The notes: a model not told the origin generated them from the letters alone. DNA of 64,000 nt from Nitrospirota bacterium (GCA_040753955.1 JBFMDQ010000003.1:17312-81311); one strand, 5' to 3'; numbered from the stretch's first letter, positions 1 through 11,169 are shown. Program-made: numbers and translations.

Positions 1-57
1 TTTCCTGTTATATACTTATTAAGGTAATATCACTATATCTGGCGTAGGGAGGAAGAG

Positions 58-2343
58 ATGGAGGTTGTGGACCCCGTTTGTGGCATGACAATTAAAAAAG
101 AGGATGCTGTGGGGACGTCTACATATAAAGGTGTTACCTACTATTTCTGCTCAGAGGTATGTAAAGAGAATTTTGATAAAGACCCAGAGGCCTTCATCAG
201 TGAGAAAATTGTTATCCCCTCACCAAAGATACTTCCAAAGATGGCAGAAATGGCAAAGGATCCTATATGTGGAATGGTTATCCCGAAGGAGCGGTCCATA
301 AAGAGGGAGGTCGGAGGAAGGGCATATTATTTCTGTAGTGAAACCTGCGTAAGGACTTTTGAGGCTCCTGAGGCTGAGTTGAAGGCCATGAAGAGAAGGG
401 TGACCATCGCCCTCACAGGAGTTCTTGCCCTTGCAATTTTCAGGGCCGCGGTCTTTTTGGGACTTGCTGCAGGAGCAACAATTCTTACATGGGTTCCTGT
501 ACCATGGCTTCCATGGTTCACATGGGGTGTATGGCTTTTTATCATCACAACGCCGATTATGATTTTTGGAGGAAAAGGATTTTTTGTTGGTGCTTATCAT
601 GCTATCAAAAAACGCGTAGCCAATATGGATCTTCTCATTGCCCTCGGCACATCCACTGCCTATACTTACAGTGCCTTTGTCGTCTTCTTTCCCGGCATAT
701 TGCCAGTTGAGGAAAAGAATGTTTATTTTGAGGTCTCAGCTATCATAATTGCTTTTGTCCTCCTTGGGAAATATATGGAAGAAATAATCAAGAAGCGTAG
801 TTCTGCTGCAATTCGAAAGCTCCTTGACCTAAAACCACAAACAGCGAAGGTAATAAGAGATGGTGCTGAAGTAGAGATACCTGCTGAATCGGTTATGGTG
901 GATGAGATCGTGATTGTTAGACCGGGTGAGAAGATACCAACAGATGGCATAGTGATAGAAGGTCATTCATCAGTTGATGAAAAGATGATAACAGGAGAAA
1001 GTATTCCTGTAGAGAAAAAACTCGGTGATGAAGTAATTGGAGGTACAATAAACAAGGTTGGCTCTTTCCGATTCAGGGCAACAAAGGTAGGTGCTGATAC
1101 AACATTGAGCCAGATAATAAAGATGGTAGAAGAGGCCCAGGCATCGTCTTCAAATATTCAAAGGCTTGCTGATAAAGTAGCCTCTTATTTTGTACCTGCT
1201 GTTATTGGCGTTGCTTTTTTAACGGTTGTTGTTTGGATTCTTATCGGGAATTTCACGATGGCACTCCTTTCTTTTGTCGCAGTCCTTATTATCGCCTGTC
1301 CTTGTGCCCTCGGGATTGCAACCCCTGCTGCTTTGATGGTTGGGGTAGGCAAGGGTGCCGAACTGGGGATTCTGATAAGAGGGGCAGAATATCTTGAAAA
1401 GGCAGAAAAACTTAACGCCGTTGTTTTCGATAAGACAGGCACACTCACAAAGGGAGAACCTGAGGTTACAGAGATAGTGGCCTTTGTTGGAAGTGAAAAG
1501 GATGTCATCCTTCCTGCCTCTATTGCAGAGAAAGGTTCAGAGCACCCCCTTGCAGAGGCCATAATCAAAAAAGCAAATATGATGGCTCTCACTATACCAG
1601 ACGCTGAAGCTTTTGAAGCCATACCCGGCCACGGGGTCAGGGTAAACTTTAATGAAGAGGAGATATTGATAGGAAATAGGAGACTGATGAAAGACAGGGG
1701 TATCTCTATAGAAGACAGAGAAGCAGAATTATCAGACCTTGAGGAAAAGGGCAATACCGTGATAATTGTGGCAGTAGACAACAAACTGAAAGGTCTGATC
1801 GCCGTTGCTGATACCCTGAAGGGATATGTAGAAGATGTAGTGAAAGGGCTTAAGGCCGAAGGAATTCAAGTTGTCTTGCTAACCGGTGACAATGAAAGAA
1901 CAGCAAGAGCTATAGGTGCAAAGGTAGGGATAGACAGGATCATAGCCAATGTTCTTCCAGGTGATAAGGCAAAAGTTATAAAAGACCTTCAAGCAGAGGG
2001 AAAGGTTGTAGCAATGGTTGGAGATGGCATTAACGATGCTCCTGCCCTTGCTCAGGCAGACATTGGAATAGCCATAGGAAGTGGCTCGGATGTTGCTAAG
2101 GAGACAGGGGGAATTATATTGGTCAGTGAAGACCTGAGAAACGTCATTAAAGGGATAAGGCTTAGCAGGGCAACGATGCGGAAGATAAAGCAAAACCTTT
2201 TCTGGGCGTTCTTTTATAATACTGCTGCTATTCCTATCGCTGTCTTTGGTCTTTTAAACCCTATTATTGCAGCTGCGGCTATGTCTATAAGCTCATTGTC
2301 TGTTGTAAGTAACTCAGCTTTACTAAAGACAGTAAAGATATGA
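58..2343 (+). CDS. copA: Heavy-metal (Cu/Ag-type) translocating P1B-type ATPase with two N-terminal TRASH/YHS-like domains
   Basis: The 761-aa ORF has two N-terminal CGM...YYFCSE.C modules. It also has the membrane CPC motif ([11 protein letters not shown]), DKTGTLT, SEHPLA and GDGINDAP. The SD GGGAGGAAG lies upstream. Confidence 0.9.
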   Translation: MEVVDPVCGMTIKKEDAVGTSTYKGVTYYFCSEVCKENFDKDPEAFISEKIVIPSPKILPKMAEMAKDPICGMVIPKERSIKREVGGRAYYFCSETCVRTFEAPEAELKAMKRRVTIALTGVLALAIFRAAVFLGLAAGATILTWVPVPWLPWFTWGVWLFIITTPIMIFGGKGFFVGAYHAIKKRVANMDLLIALGTSTAYTYSAFVVFFPGILPVEEKNVYFEVSAIIIAFVLLGKYMEEIIKKRSSAAIRKLLDLKPQTAKVIRDGAEVEIPAESVMVDEIVIVRPGEKIPTDGIVIEGHSSVDEKMITGESIPVEKKLGDEVIGGTINKVGSFRFRATKVGADTTLSQIIKMVEEAQASSSNIQRLADKVASYFVPAVIGVAFLTVVVWILIGNFTMALLSFVAVLIIACPCALGIATPAALMVGVGKGAELGILIRGAEYLEKAEKLNAVVFDKTGTLTKGEPEVTEIVAFVGSEKDVILPASIAEKGSEHPLAEAIIKKANMMALTIPDAEAFEAIPGHGVRVNFNEEEILIGNRRLMKDRGISIEDREAELSDLEEKGNTVIIVAVDNKLKGLIAVADTLKGYVEDVVKGLKAEGIQVVLLTGDNERTARAIGAKVGIDRIIANVLPGDKAKVIKDLQAEGKVVAMVGDGINDAPALAQADIGIAIGSGSDVAKETGGIILVSEDLRNVIKGIRLSRATMRKIKQNLFWAFFYNTAAIPIAVFGLLNPIIAAAAMSISSLSVVSNSALLKTVKI

Positions 2344-2385
2344 TGTCTTTTTTAAGTCCAATCCTAAAACCATTTTTCTTCGACC

Positions 2386-2414
2386 TTGACATAAAACTAT
2401 ATGTTAACTAAATT
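2386..2414 (+). promoter_or_regulatory. Candidate sigma-70 promoter (TTGACA-17 nt-TAAATT) ending 7 nt before the tpiA ATG
   Basis: TTGACA lies at 2386-2391 and TAAATT at 2409-2414. No Shine-Dalgarno sequence sits between it and the ATG at 2421. Confidence 0.3.
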
Positions 2415-2420
2415 ATCAAA

Positions 2421-3170
2421 ATGCGAAGGCCCTTTATAGCAGCAAATTGGAAGATGAACAAGACTGTATCTGAGACACGAGAGTTTATATCCAGTTTTAT
2501 TCCTGAAGTAAAAGATGTAACGGATGTTGATATTGTTATTGCACCGCCTTTTACCTCTCTGGTGGTAGCTGCAGAAGAACTTAAGAATTCTAATGTTATA
2601 CTTGCTGCACAGGATGTATTCTATGAGGAGAAGGGCGCATATACAGGCGAGGTTTCTCCTCTTATGCTTGCAGATATTGGTTGCAGGTATACAATTATCG
2701 GCCATTCTGAAAGAAGACAGTATTTCGACGAGACAGATGAAATCGTAAACAGAAAGATAAAGGCCGCAAAAAGGGGAGGGGTTGGCGCAATCCTCTGTAT
2801 TGGTGAATCCCTTGAAGAGAGGGAGGCAGGAAAGACCTTTGGTGTCCTTGAGAGAGAAATTGATAAGGGGCTATTCGAAACTGATACCGCAGACATAGTC
2901 ATAGCATACGAGCCTATCTGGGCAATAGGTACGGGGAAGACAGCAACACCCGAACAGGCCCAAGAGACCCATGCCTATATAAGAGAAAGGCTCGGGGTTA
3001 AATATGGTAATAAAGGTGATGAGGTTCGTATAATATATGGAGGTAGTGTAACTCCTGAGAATATAGATTCCCTGATGGCTTGCAAGGATGTAGACGGTGC
3101 GCTCGTCGGTGGTGCAAGTTTAAAGGTAGATAGCTTTGTAAGAATAGTAAAATTTAAGGCTCTTTCGTAA
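2421..3170 (+). CDS. tpiA: Triosephosphate isomerase
   Basis: The 249-aa ORF carries the TIM signatures FIAANWKMN, IGHSERR, AYEPIWAIGTG and GGASL. Confidence 0.95.
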   Translation: MRRPFIAANWKMNKTVSETREFISSFIPEVKDVTDVDIVIAPPFTSLVVAAEELKNSNVILAAQDVFYEEKGAYTGEVSPLMLADIGCRYTIIGHSERRQYFDETDEIVNRKIKAAKRGGVGAILCIGESLEEREAGKTFGVLEREIDKGLFETDTADIVIAYEPIWAIGTGKTATPEQAQETHAYIRERLGVKYGNKGDEVRIIYGGSVTPENIDSLMACKDVDGALVGGASLKVDSFVRIVKFKALS

Positions 3171-3200
3171 AAAAGTTGAGATACTAAATCATAACTTAAG

Positions 3201-3346
3201 AAATCCAAAGCACGAAATACGAAACAATCTCAAAATGCAAATGATCAAAACTCAAGATACTTACTTTTGATGGCAGAGTGTTTGGGGCATTTGTATTTCG
3301 GTCATTTAGATTTGTTTCGAATTTCGGGTTTAGATATTCGAATTTT
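3201..3346. repeat. Imperfect inverted repeat built from A/T-rich 7-nt-periodic words (CGAAATA/CGAAACA type) in the tpiA-secG spacer
   Basis: The left arm (about 3212-3238) matches the reverse complement of about 3305-3333 (cgaaat[a/t]cgaaacaa.tct.aaatg). The centre is about 40-60 nt. Confidence 0.6.
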
Positions 3347-3428
3347 ATTATCCTGCTTGGTTTTCAACTAAAATACGAAAGAGAGAAATTTAAAAGAGAT
3401 TAAGGTATCATAAAAACATGGAGGAACA

Positions 3429-3806
3429 ATGACGACACTTCTAGTAATAGTTCACGTGCTTGTCTGTTTTTTTCTCATAGTTATGGTCCTTCTCCAGGGT
3501 GGTAAGGGCGCTCAGCTCGGTGCTGCCTTTGGAGGTTCAAGCCAGACACTTTTTGGAAGTCGGGGTGCTGCAACATTTCTAAACAAGATGACAACAGTTG
3601 CTGCAATTGTTTTTATGATTACATCCCTTACATTAGCGGTTGTTACTGCGAAAGAAGGCTCCGTTGTTAAGAAGACACCCGTAACTCAAGAGCAGAAGAA
3701 GGCCGTCCCTCAGACTCCTGGTCCTATTCAAGGCGGGGGAGGGGTGCAACCAGACCAGTCACCTACGCAGCAGCAAGCACCGCAAACACCTGTACCAGCA
3801 AAGTAA
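3429..3806 (+). CDS. secG: Preprotein translocase subunit SecG with a P/Q-rich C-terminal tail
   Basis: The 125-aa ORF has two TM segments and the LLQGGKGA..GAAFGG...LFG motif. It sits in the conserved position after tpiA, and GGAGGAA lies upstream. Confidence 0.85.
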   Translation: MTTLLVIVHVLVCFFLIVMVLLQGGKGAQLGAAFGGSSQTLFGSRGAATFLNKMTTVAAIVFMITSLTLAVVTAKEGSVVKKTPVTQEQKKAVPQTPGPIQGGGGVQPDQSPTQQQAPQTPVPAK

Positions 3807-3841
3807 ATATGGCTTTTACCGAAATTTAGACAGGCGATAAT

Positions 3842-4510
3842 ATGCCTATTGAAACAGTTCTTCTTGTCGTTGAATCAATATTGCTTCTTGCTACCATTAT
3901 ACTCCTTCTTTATAGTTTGAAAGAAGGCAGGGGGAGGAAAGCCCTCCTACTGGAAGTAGGAAGGGCTATAAAGATCCTCACACGACAGGAGTACTTTCTT
4001 GTAGTCACTGATTCCATGATGGATGCAAAGGTTGAAGTTATAGGGTCTATCACAGGCAGAGTTCCATTAAGTGACGATAAGAAAAGGACCAGAGATGTTA
4101 TAAATAATATTGAGAGATTAACAAGGAATGAGGTACGGGTTAAATACCTCCTGCCAAAATTCCCTGATAGACTGCATATAGGCTACTTGTATACGAAGGC
4201 CGGCGCTGAGATCCGCTACAGCGACTGCCCTATTGTACATGATATCCGCTATATGGTTGTAGATGATAGATTGGTTGTGATTGGTATTCCCGAGATTACA
4301 GGTGAACAGGAAGCGACCAGAAAAGGTTATAGAATACCATCTGAGGGGCTCGCAACTATGCTCAAAGAGTATTTCAATAGGTGTTGGGAAAAAAGCATTA
4401 GTTATGAGGAATATGTTAAAGAGGTAATGAAACAGACAGGCGCTACGCCAAAGCTACTTGCACGAGAATTTCAAATAGATGAGAAAGAAATGGAAAGGCT
4501 TGCTGGATAA
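3842..4510 (+). CDS. Hypothetical N-terminally membrane-anchored protein
   Basis: The 222-aa ORF has one N-terminal TM helix. I recognise no family; VHDIRYMVVDDRLVVIG gives only a weak PLD/TrmB-like resemblance. Confidence 0.5.
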   Translation: MPIETVLLVVESILLLATIILLLYSLKEGRGRKALLLEVGRAIKILTRQEYFLVVTDSMMDAKVEVIGSITGRVPLSDDKKRTRDVINNIERLTRNEVRVKYLLPKFPDRLHIGYLYTKAGAEIRYSDCPIVHDIRYMVVDDRLVVIGIPEITGEQEATRKGYRIPSEGLATMLKEYFNRCWEKSISYEEYVKEVMKQTGATPKLLAREFQIDEKEMERLAG

Positions 4511-4512
4511 TC

Positions 4513-6105
4513 ATGTCTGCTCGCTACATATTGATTTTTACCCTGATAATAGTTCTGATTTCTTGTTCTTGTACACGTGAGCCAGAGGTTAAGAATCCAA
4601 ATACAATCACCATAGGTTTTCTTGCTGATGCAAAAAGACTACTTCCTTTACTTGCTTCAGACAGCGCATCAGGTGATATAAGTGGCCTAATATATAACGG
4701 CCTCACAAAATATGATAAAAATATAAAAATAACAGGTGACCTTGCCGAGTCATGGGAGATCTCTCCTGATGGTCTTAAGATAACCTTCAATCTAAGAAAG
4801 GGTGTCAAATGGCACGACGGTGTAGAATTTACTGCTGACGATGTCATGTTTACATATAAGACCGTTATAGACCCAAAAGTTCCAACACCATACAGTAGCA
4901 ACTATGGACCTGTTGAAAAAGCCGAGGTTCTGGATAAATACACTATAAAGGTTACATACAAAGAACCATATGCTCCTGCACTCGAGTCGTGGGGGATGGG
5001 CATAATACCTAAACATATACTTGAAGGAAAAGATATAACTGCTGAAAAATACAATAGAAATCCAATAGGGACAGGCCCATATAGACTTAAGGAATGGGTT
5101 ACAGGTCAGAAGATAGTCCTTGAAGCATTTAATGATTATTTTGAAGGAAGGCCAAAGATTGATAAATATGTTGCGAGGGTTATTCCTGATGCTGCAACAA
5201 TGTTTCTCGAGCTTAAATTTGGAGGTATAGATTTTATGGGTCTTACACCCCCGCAGTATAAACTACAGGCAAATACTAAATTCTTTAACAAATACTTTCA
5301 GAAATTCAGGTATCCTTCTTTTGGATATACATATTTAGGATATAACCAACTTGATCCGAAATTTTCGGACAGAAGGGTTAGGCAGGCTTTAACATATGCT
5401 ATTAACAAAAAGGATATTATAGATGGTGTTCTGCTCGGCTATGGAATACCTTGCACAGGACCATTTCCTCCAGAATCATGGGCATACAACTCAGAGATAA
5501 AAGACCTTGAATATGATCCTGAGAAGGCACGGATGCTTTTTGCTCAGACAGGATGGAAGGCGGGGAAGGGTGGTTTCCTTGAAAAGGATGGTAAGCCTTT
5601 CAGTTTCACAGTCCTTGTGAACCAGGGTAATGAGGCGAGGCTCAAGACAGCTCAGATAATAAAGGAGAACCTTAAGAGGGTCGGGATTGATATGAATATA
5701 AGGGTGCTTGAATGGCAGGCGATGTTACATGAATTTATAGACAAGAAACGCTTTGAGGCAGTCATTATGGGATGGGCTTTATCAAGAGACCCTGATGCCT
5801 ATGACATCTGGCATTCTTCAAAGACCAGGGAAGGGGAATTTAATTTTATTTCATACAAAAATGAGGAGGTTGACAGGCTTCTCCTTCTGGGAAGAAGGAC
5901 ATTTGATATTGAAAAAAGAAGAAAAATTTACCACAGGATACATGAAATCCTCGCGGATGGTCAACCCTACACCTTCCTTTATGTCCCGGATGCCCTTCCC
6001 GTACTTCACAAGAGATTCAAGGGTGTAGAGAAGGCACCGCTGGGCATATGGTATGACTTTATACACTGGTATGTGCCAAAAGAAAAGAATGAGTGGTATA
6101 GGTAG
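4513..6105 (+). CDS. ABC transporter substrate-binding lipoprotein, family 5 (peptide/nickel type)
   Basis: The 530-aa ORF has a signal peptide with a Cys lipobox region (LISCSC). Its length and motifs are typical of the OppA/DppA/NikA family. No permease gene is adjacent. Confidence 0.8.
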   Translation: MSARYILIFTLIIVLISCSCTREPEVKNPNTITIGFLADAKRLLPLLASDSASGDISGLIYNGLTKYDKNIKITGDLAESWEISPDGLKITFNLRKGVKWHDGVEFTADDVMFTYKTVIDPKVPTPYSSNYGPVEKAEVLDKYTIKVTYKEPYAPALESWGMGIIPKHILEGKDITAEKYNRNPIGTGPYRLKEWVTGQKIVLEAFNDYFEGRPKIDKYVARVIPDAATMFLELKFGGIDFMGLTPPQYKLQANTKFFNKYFQKFRYPSFGYTYLGYNQLDPKFSDRRVRQALTYAINKKDIIDGVLLGYGIPCTGPFPPESWAYNSEIKDLEYDPEKARMLFAQTGWKAGKGGFLEKDGKPFSFTVLVNQGNEARLKTAQIIKENLKRVGIDMNIRVLEWQAMLHEFIDKKRFEAVIMGWALSRDPDAYDIWHSSKTREGEFNFISYKNEEVDRLLLLGRRTFDIEKRRKIYHRIHEILADGQPYTFLYVPDALPVLHKRFKGVEKAPLGIWYDFIHWYVPKEKNEWYR

Positions 6106-6120
6106 TATGGGAGGGCTACC

Positions 6121-8105
<1,985 letters not shown>

Positions 8106-8372
8106 TTATATGCGGATTTTATATTCTTTTATTTTTGTCCTCAGAGTATTTCTATTTATACCGAGGGTCTTCGCAGTCTTGAGCTGGTTACCTTCAGTCT
8201 CCTTAAGGACTATTGTAATGAGTGATCTTTCGACCTCTGAAAGAACAGCCTTATAAAGATTGGATTTTTCAAGTTTTGTCAGCTCTTTTAGGTAGCGCTT
8301 CAATTTCTCTTCAAGAAACTCATTTATCGAGCATGAGTTTGCCGCTTCGATGAGAAGTTCTCTCTTATCCAT
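8106..8372 (-). CDS. fis: Fis-family helix-turn-helix DNA-binding protein
   Basis: I start it at MDKRELL, preceded by AAAGGAGG. The C-terminal HTH reads GNQLKTAKTLGINRNTLRTKIKEY. The longer tracked ORF runs through a tRNA gene. Confidence 0.8.
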   Translation of the reverse strand: MDKRELLIEAANSCSINEFLEEKLKRYLKELTKLEKSNLYKAVLSEVERSLITIVLKETEGNQLKTAKTLGINRNTLRTKIKEYKIRI

Positions 8373-8619
8373 TAACCGGCCTCCTTTAGTAGGTCTTCCC
8401 TTTCTTGTGCAACTTCTGCTCATGACATCATCATAAATAAAAATATAACCCGTTAATCTGATAAATTTGCAAGCATTAAAAGAAGAATTATTGGGAATAT
8501 GAACATCCCAAATTGCAAGATAATTATCCCATAGAATTATCAGGAATTCAACAAGATAGTGGAGAGTAGTTACTTTTTGGCGGAGGGGCAGGGATTCGTC
8601 CCGCACCAAAAGCTTTTTT

Positions 8620-8707
8620 TGGCGGAAGGAGCAGGATTCGAACCTGCGAGGCCTTTCGACCTGGACGCTTTCGAGGCGTCTGGATTCAACCACTCTCCCA
8701 TCCTTCC
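8620..8707 (-). tRNA. tRNA-Ser (anticodon CGA), CCA encoded
   Basis: The 88-nt cloverleaf was folded by hand. It has acceptor GGAAGGA/TCCTTCC, anticodon arm GACGC-CTCGAAA-GCGTC, a long variable arm and T arm GCAGG-TTCGAAT-CCTGC. Confidence 0.9.
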
Positions 8708-8749
8708 AGTTTTGGTGCGGGATTCGAGACCGCCTCATTCTTTAAAACC

Positions 8750-9178
8750 TTATCTTCTCTCTTTAAAAAACCTTTTCAGTATTAAGGCACACTCTTCTTC
8801 AAGAACACCTGATACAACCTCTACCTGATGGTTAAGCCTTTTATCTGAAAGGAGGCTGTAAAGACTATCAACGGCACCGCCCTTTTCATCCTTACATCCA
8901 TAGACAAGCCTGCCGAGTCTTGCATTCACCACTGCACCTGCACACATTATGCACGGCTCTTTTGTTACATAAAGTGTTGCACCTGTCAGGCGCCAGCTGT
9001 CATTTTCATTTGAGCCATATCTGAGTACGAGGACCTCAGCATGCCCTGTCGGGTCTTTTAAAGTCTCCCTCTGGTTATGTGCCTTTGCAATAACCTTGTC
9101 ATCTTTTACAAGGACTGTGCCTACAGGGACTTCCCCTTCAATAAAGGCGAGGCTGGCCTCTTCGAGTGCAAGGGTCAT
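8750..9178 (-). CDS. tadA: tRNA adenosine(34) deaminase
   Basis: The CDA motifs HAEVLVL and PCIMCAGA are present. The start is set at MTLALEEA; the tracked ORF extends 80 codons further upstream (to 9418), and that extension is uncertain. Confidence 0.85.
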   Translation of the reverse strand: MTLALEEASLAFIEGEVPVGTVLVKDDKVIAKAHNQRETLKDPTGHAEVLVLRYGSNENDSWRLTGATLYVTKEPCIMCAGAVVNARLGRLVYGCKDEKGGAVDSLYSLLSDKRLNHQVEVVSGVLEEECALILKRFFKERR

Positions 9179-9410
9179 AAAATAGATATCTTTTTCTTTT
9201 TTTACTTTTTTCAAAACTTTAACTTTAACATTATTTAAAATCCACGCAACTTGAAGGCCTCGGCGTGAGCTCAGCCGAACGGTTGCGGCTACGTCCTTTG
9301 CGTAATTTAAGTTTAAATAGTCTTCCATGGTGCTGTCAATGAAGCTCATTGTCCTGTTAAAGAAATGGCACCTAAAAACTATCAAAGATGAATTATAATT
9401 AATTTTCAGG

Positions 9411-10202
9411 GTGATCAATTATGAACCTAACAGACGAATCCAAGGCGATCCTGTGACTAAAATCTATGTCATAGGAATAGGCTACAAGCCCTTTGATAAA
9501 AGACAGAGGGAGATTATCTATAACTCCGAGTTCATCCTTTCCTCCAGCAGGCTTTTTGAGGTCTTTAAAGGATATGAAGAGTTTGAGAAGGTGAAGGAAA
9601 GGGTGCTCATAATTGATAATGTGGATGAGACCATCAACTTCATAAAATCCAAAATTCGTACACAAGGGGGACTGTGTCCCCCTTGTGAAATCCCCCTTGA
9701 AGAAAAGGGGCTCACGAGGGAAACTATGTTTCCCCCGTGTGGTATAACTGTCCTTGCCTCTGGAGACCCTTTGTTCTTTGGTATTGGTAGAAGGGTCATC
9801 AGTGAATTCAGGAAAGATATGATGGAGATAATCCCTGATCTTTCAAGCATTCAGGTGGCATTTTCGAGGATAAAGGAGCCCTGGGATGATGCCTTTCTCA
9901 TGAGTCTTCACAAAGGCCCGGACCCTAAAAAGAGAAGGAAGTTAAAGTATGAAATTAAGGATATCCCTGCTTTGCTTAAAAGGCACAAAAAAATTGCAAT
10001 CCTTACGGATAAAGAAAATAACCCTACAGGGATTGCAAAAATTCTTACCTCATCACCCATCACCCGTAATTTATCGCTCATAATGTTTGTCTGTGAAAGA
10101 CTTGGTTATCCTGATGAAAAAATCATTGAGGGGACACCTGAAGATATTGCAGGTAAATCCTTTTCAATCCCTAACGTAGTTATTGTTCTGATGAAAACGT
10201 AG
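9411..10202 (+). CDS. cbiE: Precorrin-6Y C5,15-methyltransferase subunit CbiE-like tetrapyrrole methylase carrying an internal ~29-codon insertion
   Basis: The ORF has IYVIGIG, VLASGDPLFFGIG and IPDLSSIQVAFSR blocks. An alternative GTG start lies at 9453. The insertion spans 9657-9743. Confidence 0.65.
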   Translation: MINYEPNRRIQGDPVTKIYVIGIGYKPFDKRQREIIYNSEFILSSSRLFEVFKGYEEFEKVKERVLIIDNVDETINFIKSKIRTQGGLCPPCEIPLEEKGLTRETMFPPCGITVLASGDPLFFGIGRRVISEFRKDMMEIIPDLSSIQVAFSRIKEPWDDAFLMSLHKGPDPKKRRKLKYEIKDIPALLKRHKKIAILTDKENNPTGIAKILTSSPITRNLSLIMFVCERLGYPDEKIIEGTPEDIAGKSFSIPNVVIVLMKT

Positions 10203-10267
10203 GGTTCCCTTTTTATCCAAGTGAAAACTGGAATTCCTTCATAAATATAAATACAATAAAATCGAAG

Positions 10268-11053
10268 ATGACCAAGGATGACTTAATCTTCTTCAAAAAC
10301 TGGTTCTCTGATTACTGCAAATCCTTCTATTCATCAAATAGGGAAGACCAGAGGAATATCCGTCTCAAGGAAGTTCATACCTTTAATGTTTGCGAGAACA
10401 TCATTGAGATAGGCAGGGAATTATCCCTCAGCGATAGTGAGATGATGCTCGCCGAGACAGTAGCCCTTTTCCACGATATAGGGAGATTTCCACAGTATGT
10501 AAAATACAAAACATTTGTGGATAGCATATCCGTCAATCATAGTCTTCTCGGAGCTCAGACACTCCTCGAGGAAAAGACCCTCCAGAATCTCCCAGAAGAT
10601 GAGCAGGAATTGATTATCCAGGCAGTGAGGTTTCATAACGCCTTTTCGATACCAAAAATAGAAAAAGAGGATATTGTTTTCTTCATCAAATTGATAAAGG
10701 ATGCGGATAAACTGGACATATGGCGGGTATTTATAGAATATTATGAGAGTCCTGAAGAGAATAGGGCTTCTGCAGTCGGTCTTGGATTGCCAGATACAAC
10801 GGATTATTCAGAAGAGGTCCTCTTGAATATTTTTAAAAAGAAGATGGCTTCTCTTTCTAAAGTAAAGACATTGAATGATTTCAAAATCATGCAGCTCTCA
10901 TGGGTGTATGACCTCAATTTCAGGACCTCTTTTAGGTTGCTAATGGAAAGGAATTATATAGAAAGGATTGTCTCAAAGTTGCCAAAGACAGAGGAGATTC
11001 ACAGGGCCTCAGCGTACTTAAAGGAATTCGTTTACAGTAAATTAAAGATTTGA
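10268..11053 (+). CDS. HD-domain metal-dependent phosphohydrolase
   Basis: The 261-aa ORF has H...HDIGR (ALFHDIGRF) and the downstream DADKLD motif. Confidence 0.75.
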   Translation: MTKDDLIFFKNWFSDYCKSFYSSNREDQRNIRLKEVHTFNVCENIIEIGRELSLSDSEMMLAETVALFHDIGRFPQYVKYKTFVDSISVNHSLLGAQTLLEEKTLQNLPEDEQELIIQAVRFHNAFSIPKIEKEDIVFFIKLIKDADKLDIWRVFIEYYESPEENRASAVGLGLPDTTDYSEEVLLNIFKKKMASLSKVKTLNDFKIMQLSWVYDLNFRTSFRLLMERNYIERIVSKLPKTEEIHRASAYLKEFVYSKLKI

Positions 11054-11169
11054 ATAGAAAATGCTCGTTCTAAGAGCATTTTTCAGTCGGGTAATTCAAA
11101 AATAAACTTTAAGCAAAAAGTTTTGATCTTACATTTGAATATAAAAAGCAGATATTTTCAGGAGGAAAC

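Noticed and set aside
8577-8612. An independent tRNA (including tRNA-Sec) gene immediately downstream of tRNA-Ser.
   Set aside because: Only a 3'-end/T-arm-like stretch is present. No acceptor partner, D arm or anticodon arm could be built. It is kept as a ghost repeat in the findings.
8106-8828. The long tracked ORFs 8106-8738 (-) and 8559-8828 (+) span the tRNA-Ser region.
   Set aside because: Both read straight through a well-folding tRNA gene. The minus-strand ORF has a much better internal start with AAAGGAGG at 8372 giving a normal 88-aa Fis-like protein. The plus-strand ORF has no family resemblance.
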